Of a stretch of 64,000 nt of DNA, positions 29,601 through 41,600 are shown piece after piece. Below the pieces are notes generated by a model. That model did not search any database, was not told the DNA's origin, and worked only from the letters and a program-made list of their open reading frames with translations. Positions within the stretch are counted from its first letter, which is position 1. Every line of letters starts with the position of its first letter. Origin of the DNA: Christensenellales bacterium. Its GTDB lineage: Bacteria; Bacillota; Clostridia; Christensenellales; UBA1242. The position numbers were made by a program, and so were the translations under genes. The stretch covers positions 145,051 to 209,050 of the forward strand of contig JBJFDL010000002.1 in the NCBI GenBank assembly GCA_051889995.1, read 5' to 3'.

Positions 29601-32600
29601 TTTAATGCTTTCAGTTATTGTTCCAGCATAAACTTTAAATTCGATTACTTTTGTTACATCATTTATTTCATATGAAATTATGTATTCACTTCTATTTATT
29701 TGTTCAGGCACATTAAAGTCGCCTAATGGTAATGTTAGCGTATAAATATCTGCAGTATATGTAAATTCCACAACTGTATAACTAGTAATTGTAATTTGTG
29801 TTTCAGTTGTTTCAACACCATTAACCTTGAATTTATTTGCTAAAGTTCTATTTTGAATAGAAACATCATCAGAAGTTGGCAATGTAATTATTGTTCCATT
29901 TTCAACATAAGTGTAATATCCAATGAAATTACTTTCTTCAGTTAGCGTGTTCATTGTTGTGTTTACTAATGTTCCACCATAGGTTATGTATTCAACTTTA
30001 TATCCAATAACAACATTTAAAATAACATCGGTTGTAAATATATAGTCAGAAGTATAAGTTACACCATTAACTAAATATCTAATAACATTTAATTGAGCAT
30101 TATTGAATGTTATATCTGGTAAATTCAAGCTAGTAGAATTTATAGGAATAAGGAAAATGATTTTATCATCTCTTGTTTCATATTCTATATTTTCTAAATC
30201 ATTTAGATTTTCTATTGTGAAATCAGTTCTGTTTAAATTTATTTCAACAGTTATGTTCAAACGATTCATTTTTGCATATAATGTTTTATTACCATAACTT
30301 CCTTTTTCAATACTTTCAATTTTTGTTTCGAAAATTTCTTCTAAATACCAACCATCAAAAGTATATAATTTTTCATCATATTCTGTTGGAACAGGTAAAT
30401 TAAATTCATCTTTTACATCATACGAGTTTGGAGTTAAGTTTTGCTCTTCCCCAAGCATAATGTAAGTTAAATTAAAGTTTATAGCTGTAAAGTTTGCTAC
30501 AATTATTAAATCGTTTGTAACATTTTCAAGTTTAACTTGTTTTAATTGTTTATTAGTTTCATTAAATAATCCATCAACATCACTTGTCCATTCAAAAGTT
30601 GAAACATTTGTGTTATAGTTGGCTTCAATTACAACATTACTTCCCTTAATTACTTTAACTTCATAACCACCAGACACTGCTTCATTTGTTAGAACTTGCT
30701 CATCATCTGTCTTAATTTCTAACACATTACCTAATTCTTCATCATTAGACACAACCTTAATTGTTACATAATCATAAGAGTATTTTGCAACAATTTGTTT
30801 TTGTGTTACTTCACAATTATATGTATTTAGTAAGTAGTTGAAATAATTAGTCGTTAAAGAAGTGTAACCTTCAAGCATTTGTCCTTCATTGTTTGCAATT
30901 TGGACATCATCTTCACTTAATAATACATTAGTATTTAATGAAATGTAATATCCTTCAAACATACAATTAATTAAGTCAAGTTTTGGTAGATTATTTAAAA
31001 CTCCATTTAAGGAAATTTCACTTTCGCTTACAAATCCATTTTCTGCTTTAACATATCCAACTAATGTTGATGTGTTTGAATATGTGGCAAATATTTTTAA
31101 TTGATATGTATTATCTTCAAAGTATGGAACTAATGTGTAAGTGTTTTTATTTTCAAAGTTTTCAGTGATTTTTCCATCTTTATCAATAATTAATGTTTTG
31201 CTTAAATCATCTTCTTCATAATATCCTTTAAAGGTTTTGAACAACATTTCATTTTTGAATGCTGTTGGCACTAAATATGTTTTTTCATTTGGATTTACAA
31301 CATCAAATTCTACTTTGCTAAATGTAATATAACCTTCTGCATCTTCTTCATAATTAGTTGAATTTGTAATATTAGTAAATTCTTCAGTGTATGCACTGTT
31401 TAAAACGCCTTTAATTGTTATATGTGATTTTAAATCATAGAATGAATATAAAACTAATGTATATTCATTATTGTCTTTTTGAACATATTCATCAAACACT
31501 TCATCTAATGCTCTCATCACGCTTGACCACGTGAATTCGATTAATTCAGTGCTTCTTAAACTTAAAACTTTAAATTCTCTGTATGGAACTTCTAAGTTTG
31601 GTGTTTCTATTGTTTCACCATATTTTGCTGTTACAGAATATTGTTCTTCGTTTGTTTCAAAATTTAAAATTTTAATTGTATAAGAATTTTCACTAAAGAC
31701 TGCTTCAGCATTACCACTATTTGCAATTATATCTTCATTGATAACATTACTAAAGTCATAACCTATAAATGTATATTTTTTATTTATTTCTGTTTTTGTA
31801 AGTGTTGGCAATGCACTAATAATTGTGTTAACTGATGAACCATAATATACTTTAATTTCAAGACTCGTTTTTTCATCATCAAATTTTGCTTCTTTAATTA
31901 GTGTTCCATCTGCCAAGAAAATGAACTCATCTGCACCATTTAAATTAATATTAATTGTTAATAAGGCAGCATCATAATCTAAAACTATTTCGGTTGGCTC
32001 TGATATTAAAATATCGCTTCCAATTTCCCTTTCGACACTATTAACTAAAATTTTCACTAGGCTAGAATTTGTTCTTACTACTTGCGCTGTTGTTGGTAAA
32101 GTTAACGACGTGTTATAATTTACAAATAAATAATAGTTGTCATTTTCATCTTTTGTTAAATCTAAATAATAATTGTTAAAACTTCCACCATTTGTAACAA
32201 AGTTTACCTTATATTCATACTTAACAGTTATTTCAGTGTTTTCTTCAAATTTATATCCTATATTATATTCAACATCATTTATATAATATTTAACTATATA
32301 ATTATCATTTTCATAAGTTAATCGTGGTAATTCTACATTATCAGCACCCATTTCAACATTAAATGAAATTTGTTTTAATCCACTTGAATCTTTTATAATT
32401 GTGAACTTTTCTTCATCTTCAATTTGTGCATTGTAATATTTATTACATTCCTTATCTTGATAATCTATGTTTATAGTTATTGTCTTTCTAGTTGTTTTAG
32501 CAAATAGAACTAAATCACCATAACTTCCTTTTTCAATACTTTCAACTTTTGTCGTATAACTATTTTCTAAATACCAGCCATCAAAAGTATAATAAGTTTT

Positions 32601-35600
32601 TTCATAATCAGGTAACATAAATGTTTCAGTTTGACAGTTATAAGAACTTGGTTCTAACATTAACTGATTTTCATTATCATAATAAGTAATATTAAATTGA
32701 ATTGGCACAAAAGCAATTGTTATTTCACAATTTGAATATATCTGTGAAGTTTTTATTGTTTTGTCATTTATATTTTCAAATTCAATTCCCAAATTATTTG
32801 GCAGACTCACACTGAATTTTTCAACATCATATTCAGTTAAAATATAAATTTCGCTGTATCTAGGCAAATTAACTTTATAACCTATAACATTGTTATTTTC
32901 ATCTAAAATGTTTGTTTTAGAAATTTCTTCTTGGTTTTTAGATAGAATATTAAGGATTCTTCCGTTTGCATAATTGCTTGTGTTAACCTCTATTTCAATT
33001 AAATCTTCTTCAAAGTAAGCAGAAACTTCTCTCATTGAATTCATAGCATCATAATTTATGTAATATACATCTTTTTCGTAAACAAAATAATTACTATTTA
33101 AAGTGTTGTATTTACTAATTATTTTGCCATCTTCACTTGCAATTAGTTCTGGAGTAATTTCAGTTGAATTAATAGTGTAACCACTAATGATATATCCTTT
33201 AAAGATATTGCTATTATATGCAACAACTGGTAAATCTAATAAAGTCTCACCAAAGGCAACTTGTTTAATAAAGCCTACACCAACATATTCATCATAATTT
33301 CCTGCATTCAATGTAATGTTGTCATAATCAGCATTTATTACAAAATCAAATAATATATTTTCGAAGAATGGAACTAATGTATATGTGTTTTTGCTTTCAA
33401 AACTTGAAGTAATTTTTCCTGTTTTGTCAATAATTATTGTTTTGCTATCATCCGACTCTTCATAATAACCTTTAAATGCTTTAAATAGCATTTCATTTTT
33501 AAACGCTGTAGGCACTAAATATATCATCTCTTGAGGATTAACAACATCAATTTCAATAGTGCTAAATGTAATATAGCCGTTTGCATCAATCTCATAATTT
33601 AATGAACTAACAATACCAGTAAATTCTTCCGTATATGCACTATTTAAAACGCCTTTAATTGTTATGTTAGCTTTTAAATTATAGAAAGAATATAACGTTA
33701 ATGAATATTCATTATTATTTTGCACTATATATTCTTTAATTGTTTCATTTTCAAATAATGAAAAAACTTCGCCATTCCAGGTTATCTCAACAAATTCATC
33801 AATAATTAAACTTAAGCCAATAAATTCTCTATAATCAATTTCTAGATTAGGTTCGCTAAATATTTCGCCATATTTCTTTGTTTCAGAATATTGTTCATTA
33901 CCCTTTTCTGCATTCACTATAACTACTGTGTATTCATTTTCTTCAAATATTACATTAGCATTACCATTTGCAACAAGTTTGCCGTCACTTATAACACTGC
34001 TGTCAAATAGATATTCAATAGAAGTATATTTTTTACCATCTTTAAATTTCGTAAGAGTTGGTAAATTGTTAATTACAGAATTTAATGTTGTTGCATAGTC
34101 AACTTTTATTTCTAATGTATCCACGCCAAGAATTGCTTCTTTAACAACATAGCCGTCAGCTGTGTAACTAAACTCATCAGCACCATTTAAATTTATTATA
34201 ATACTAATTAATTGTGTTTCAAATGCGAAATTAATTATTGTTGCATGATTAATTGACAATGTTTCGCCATAATTTGTTGATGTGCCATTAATTGTTATGC
34301 CAACAAATTCAGCATTGGTTTTAGTAACCTGTGCTTTAACAGGCAAAGTTAAAGAGTAAGTTATGCCGCTATTAAATGGAACATAAACATAATAATTTCC
34401 ATCTTCATCTAAAACATAATCATTAATACTATCGATAATAATACTACCATTATAAGCAACAAGAGATTTATTGTAATCAGAATCAAAATTACCACCATTC
34501 ATGATAAAGGCAACTTTATATTTTAAGTTAATATGAAATTCTAAGTTATTTTTGATATTTTCTATAACATCGCCCACATTATACTCGCTTCCATCATTAC
34601 TATTAGTGAATGAAGAAACAATATAATTTTCATTTTCAAAGGTTATTTTGGGGAAAGTAAAATTAGAACCTTTATCTATTTTAATAGTTAGATAGTTATT
34701 TTCTGCATCAAGTTCATAATCATAGTTTTCTAAACTTTGAATATAAATATCAGAAAGTGTATCATAGTATTCATTAAGATAAATAGTAATTGTTTGTTGT
34801 TCAATTAATTGAGAGAAACATGCGTAATAAGGACGTTCATGGTTATTCTTTAACATCTCTTTATATTCATCTCTAAAACTATAACTTCCATTTAAATAAG
34901 ATATTAAAGGATTCGTCTCAGTTTTGTTTTCATCAAAACCTATAAATTTATACTTATGATATTCACTATTAGATTCTTTTACACCAACAATATGACCTAA
35001 ATATTCGTTGATGTCTTGTGTATCAATTTGATATAAAGATAATTCTATTGAATAAGGTTCATCTACTCTTACTCCATTAACAAGAAGATATTCTTCAGTA
35101 TCATCAGGAACAGCTTCAAAGGTATAAACATAAGTTATTAATTCGAAAACTGGTTCCAAAATTATTTCTCTATTATTAGCATATTGGAAATAGTTTTCTA
35201 TCATATATGCATATTCGCTTAATGGATTTACGCCATTACTTACAAGTATATCTAAATTTTTAATTTTGTATCCAACTAGATTATAGTATTCATTTAATTC
35301 TAATAATTTAATTGTTGGATAAGAAATTATTTCAAAAACTGAGAAAGTATGATATGCATATCCATCTTCATCTTCGCTGTATGAATTATAATCACTTATG
35401 TAACAAATATCATCTGGTTCATTAACTAAATTATCAATTTTAATAGTAAAAGTTTTTGATTGCCATTTTGCAGTCAACTCTAAATTGTCATCTAAAATGA
35501 CAGTTTCACTAACTACTCTATCAAAATTATTATTATAATACATCACATCATTGCAATATAATCCAAGTAATTCAAAATAACTACCAGAATTTTCATCTGT

Positions 35601-38600
35601 TATTAAATTTGATAATTTGCTTGGCAATATGTATTCATAAATACTATTTTGAGTTTGAGCAAGCGAAATGATTATTTGATTATTATCTACATCATATTCA
35701 GCATTGTTACTTAAATTATTATAGAAATTTTCGTTAAATTCTATAGCTTCAATTACTTGATTTTTTTCTATATCTACACTGGTTGTTCCATTTGATTTTT
35801 CTAGTCCTAAATCTATTGTCATTGCAAAAATATTAGATTCAAGATATGCTCTAAATTCGTAAGGTGTATTTTTAAATCTATTTGCCGTTTTAGTATAACT
35901 AAAATCAGTTTGTTTATAGGAATTTTGAATTACGGCACCATCTAGCGTTAATCCATAAGTTTTAGAAAGTCTTGCAACTTTAGGAAGATTAATATCAATT
36001 TTATAATCACTATAAAGCCTTATTTCTTTGTTAAAATCTATATTGATGTATTTTGCATAAGCAATATTGTTTGTTGTTGTTCCAGAAACAGTTTTGTAGG
36101 AAATTGAATATTGACTTGATAAAATTTCTTCTTCATTAATATATAACACTACTGATTTTTCAATTAATGCTTTTTCTTCATCAGTAAATGTTGAAACACT
36201 ATCTAAAACATAAGAAAAACTTAATGAAATTGATTTAATATCATAAACAATAATTAGGTTATCTGTTTGTGAAATTCTGCGTGTTTGAACATAACTTTGT
36301 GAAAGTTCTGTTGCGTTCAATATGTAAACAATTTCAAAATTATGTGTTATGTCTGTTATATTGTTTTCCTTAAAATATAACGCTACAGATTTTTCTTCTA
36401 AAGATGAAACATAATCTACACTATTTATTTTTAAACAATTACTTAATGGAAGATATATTAAAATATTTTTATTATCTTCGACTGGAACATTATAGTTACC
36501 AATTGTTTTAGTGATTCCTTCAATAACTGGACATTCTTCTTCTTTTTCAACTTTAACATTAATTAAATGTAAATTTAATCCATTTTTAATTATGTAATGT
36601 GCTGTTCCAGATAATAAATTGTATGCAACATCAAAATTAGCTGTTGTTAGCGAGAATTCATAAGATGTATCTGTTCCATCAATAAGTTTTAATAATGTGT
36701 CATAATTGTTTGAACTAATATAACCAATTGTTGATAAATATTCTTCATTAAAATCATCGTTTGAAGAAATTTTTGGTGTCAATTTATTATTTTCAAATAC
36801 GATATTTGAAATCATAATATATTTTGAATAATTAGTTGTGTTAAATTCAGTATAACCTGCGACATAAGCGTAAGTTAAACTATCAATATCATCAATAGCA
36901 ATATCTTCATTTGTCAATCTTACAACTATGCTATCAATAGTAATATTTTTTTCAGTTGATTGATACATTATTGTTCCAACAACTTGTGAAATGAACGATT
37001 TATTTTGTAGTTCAGTAATTTGATTTGGATTTTTAATTGTTAATTTGCCATCAATAACAGTATTTGAAATTATACTTGAACTGCTAACAGAAGCAAGCTT
37101 TCCGGCAACCATACCAAAACTAATTGGTGCGTTGTTTTCAATAATTACATCAGCATTGATAGTAACAAAATCTATTTCACCAAAGTTTTCTGAAGAAATA
37201 ACACCAGCGTAGATTGTTTTATCAATAACACCTTCTTGGACTAAATTAACATTATATATTGCATTTAAAATATTTACATTATTAACTTTTCCAAAATTTT
37301 GTCCTATAATTGCAAAATTACTTGAATTATTTTCAAGATTGAATATAACATTATCAAAATTCAAATCATAAATTTCGCCATTGTTTTTATTGATAAAAGA
37401 TTTTGCATCATCGTTGTTAGATAAATTAGATATTGTTAAGCCATTAATTGCATAACCATTACCGTATAGTTTTCCTTTAAACTCTTTGATATATAGGTTA
37501 TAACCAGTGATATTAATATTACCATTTAAAACAACATCATCTGCGATAATTCCATTATTAATTTTAATTAATGAATACAAATCGTTTTCATTATTTATTT
37601 TATAACCATTAATGATTGTGTCATTATAATGAATATTTTCTTTTGTTAGCTGAACATCAGTTAGTTTTGTTACGGAAATTGTAACAGAATGGTGTTGCAT
37701 AACATTGAAGTTAATATTGTTTAAATTTCCAATTCCCTCACTATAATCACTTAATGTTGAAATAGTGTTTGCAAAAGTATATAAATTTTCGCTGTCTTTG
37801 GCAATATTATTAACTCTAACGCCAAGTGATACGATTGGAATTATTGTTACATTTTGTCCGTATAAAACTTTAATTAAATTATATCCATTTTCAGTTGTCA
37901 AATAATCACTAAAACTCTCGTATGTGTTTTGTCCAATTTTTGCAACTTTAGTATTTTTAATTTCGAAACTGTTAAATTGTGTAATTTTACCCACTTTAAC
38001 ATAATATTTTTGAATATTAGAATCTTCATTGGCTGGTGTTGTTGTTGAAACAGTGTAATAATTTCTTGAATAATAACATCTTAAGTAAATATTATGTGAG
38101 AATAAGAAAGTTACATTTGCCCCTGGATAATAATCGCTTTGAGTAACCAATTGTGTTGTTCCACTTAACATATTATAGATTTCAAAATATTCAAGAGTAA
38201 AACCTGTTGTGTGTCCGTTTGGATTATATGTATCCAATAATGTAAGCGTTTCACCATATTTTACTTCTTGATAAAAACCATCTGTATAATAATTACCATT
38301 TTCTAGTTCTAATGAATAATAAACTCTAAAATTAACTGGCACTAATTTTGGATAAATATTAAGTTCGTATTTAACAATTTTATTACCTAATTCATCAGTA
38401 ATTTCAACTTCATTATAATCGTAATATCTTAAATCTGGGAACGCACTTGTTCCATTTGTTGGAACTCCAAAATCATTAGAATTGAAAATTTTTATATTTG
38501 TTTGTTCGTCGTCCAAGTAGTAATACCAATTATCTTCTTTATTAATAAATGTATCATAACCACTAATTTGCAATTTGTCTGTATCAAGAAGTGAAATATC

Positions 38601-41600
38601 AATTTTTTCTTGGTCACCATAATATCTGTCGAAATAAGGTTCAATTGTTTGATATCCTAAAACTTCTTGTTCAGCTCCAAACTCTAACGAAGAAGGCGCC
38701 ATAAAGTTTACACGATAACCTATTTGGCGTGCACAGTTAAATTCAATTTCCTTATCATTTTCTTTGTCAAGTAATTGAATAATAATGTTGTAACTATAAT
38801 CGTTGTTACTGTAATCTATTTTAAATGAGTGAACAGGAATTTCTGTTTCCTGGCTCTCGTTTCCTAATGAATAGAATGCTTTCGTTGTTGCAATTTCCAC
38901 GAATGGACTACTATTTTTTAAGTTTAAGTTGTAATTATTAGATAAATACAAATAGAAATTATGTATTTCATAACCTTGTGATTTAATTTTATCTTCATCA
39001 CTAAGATTCTTCCATGATAAATCATTTTCTGTTTTTGTTATATAAGTTGAATTATATTCTACTGTCTCTTCTAAATCACTTAATTCTTGTTCTCCAAAAT
39101 AATATTTTATTGATATTGTTTTAGGAGTAAAATATAGGTTCACTTTAATATCATTAGAAAATAACATTTTATTCAAATTCGCAGTATTAGTTTTAGAAAC
39201 AGAATAATCAATTGTGCCATTTTCATTAATATATTGATATTCAACAAAGTCATAACCTAATAATGAATTAAAATTATAAATTGTGTTATCAATAATTATT
39301 TGTAAATTTTCTAATACAGAATCATAAGTGTAATCATCAAAAATAAAATAAGATTTAACTATTTCTCTGCTTGTAATATCAAATGTTGAACTATCTTTAA
39401 CAATGCTACCATTGTTATTTACGCATTCAGTAAAGATATATTCATCGCTTATTGAGTATGTAATATTAGTTATTCCAACATTAACTAAATAAGGTAATCC
39501 ATTGTTTATCTCACTATTTTGTGTCCATACTGTGTTGTATGGATATGTCTTATTTAAAAATCCTTCTTGAATAACTTTCCACTCATCAGATGCATTATTA
39601 TTGTAAGATTTAACAATATTGTTTACAGTGCCAGAAAAATGCGCATTACAGTCTGAACTTGCAAAGTTTTTAGCACTATTATCAACAATAACATAAATGT
39701 TTTGTCCATAATACAAACCATTTGAAGAAGAATTTACATCATATAATTTTCCATTTGTGTAATAACTTGTAGCAAAATTATACCCATTCAATCCTTGATT
39801 GTCATCATTAACTTCTTTTAAATATGCAAAAACATTTACAAATCTAATATTTGTTGTGTTAGTTTCAGTTGTGCTAATAATTGAAAAATTTATTAAATTG
39901 TTTGTTTGAATTTCAACTTTTAATGCACATTCGCTAATTTCTGTGTATTGTGCCAATCCCACAACTCCACCAACAAATGTTTTTTGACAATCATAATTAA
40001 CACTATTTAATTCCAATTTTCCCTTTACTGATATTTTTGAAATATATGTTCCTGTTAAATTACCAGCAACAAATCCTACAAAATTTTTGTTTGATGAATA
40101 ATTATCACTATCGACTTTTAATATAATGTCAAATAAATTAAAATTAGAAATTAAATTTAAATGATTACCGCTAACATAACCAAATAATCCAACACAAACA
40201 TTTGAGTTAGAATAATCTGTTTTTATTACTTTTCCTAAATTTTGGTATTTCCAATAACACTCACCTAACTCTTCACTATATAAATACTTATCTTCTTTGC
40301 TTCCATCATTCGCCGTCTTTATATATGAAGTTAAACTTTCAACATATTTTTTTGCCTCTATCGTTAAATTAGAAATTGTGTATGATTGTCCATTAAAATT
40401 TCCATAAAATACACTACCCTCTCTTCCTATTGGCGCAAAATTTGCGTAACCGCTCATATCAATGTTATTTTTCAATATATAAGATGCTTTTGCATAGGTC
40501 GTGCTATTGTTCACCATATAACTCATTTTGATTAAATCTTCTGGTGAGTTTACTTCATAACAATTAGTATTGCTATCAAAATTTAACACTTTATCATTAT
40601 CAAAGTCTACATTTAAACCTTTAATATTTTGTTCATTGTAGGTAACAAAATTTGGATATAGGTCAATTTCAAAAGAATCACCTTTTTCAATTAAAACTTT
40701 TAATTTTGAATTTCCTAAAATATTTGCAGAAAAATTATCATAATCTGTATATGTGGTAGTTTCTGATGCACCAATATAAACCCCTTCCACATTTGATATA
40801 ATTGAATAAGTATAAGACCAGTCAACAAAAGTCGCAGAATTCTTTAATTCATCATTTGCAACATCACTATATGTTTTTATATTTATGCCGTTAATGTCTG
40901 GAGTGTAAAGCTTTATAGTTGTCTTAATATTTTCATAATTCACTGCATAAGTGTTCAAAGATGAATCTTTGATTATTACGCTTCCTTCAATATATTCATA
41001 TTCTTCACTACCCACTTCAATCATATTATTAAAATCGTAGAATTCGGTAGTGGAAATACTGCCGTCGCTGTTATGGTATCTAACAATTAATCCTTTTTCT
41101 TTAAGGTATGTAGTGTATAAGTAAGAGTTGTCTAATGCATCTTTAAGTGTTAATTGCAAGACAACTGAAGAATCATCAGAAGATAGAATTGTAGTCCCAT
41201 TATTCAACTTATCATTATTTGATAAAACTAATCCATTTAATGGAGAATAAACAGTTTTAGATGTTGAAGAATCAACAAGATAAGGGAATAGATGCTTCTC
41301 ATTTAATTCTGCAATTCTTTCATTTTGTGGTAACTCATGTAACAAGGTTTGCTCTTCACCTTCTAAATCACCCAATAATATATTAAATTTTATTGGCGAA
41401 GAAGAATAGTTTGGAAGAGTATAATCACCATTATCACTTGTTACATTTGCATAATAACGATTACCATCATTTTCGCCATCAATATAGTTTAAAGTCATCT
41501 CTTTAAACACAGTTACATAGTATGTATAGCCTATTTCTAATTTATCGACACTATTGTCCTTTGTAATCTTATTTGTTGAATCAATGTAGTTTTGATCTAG

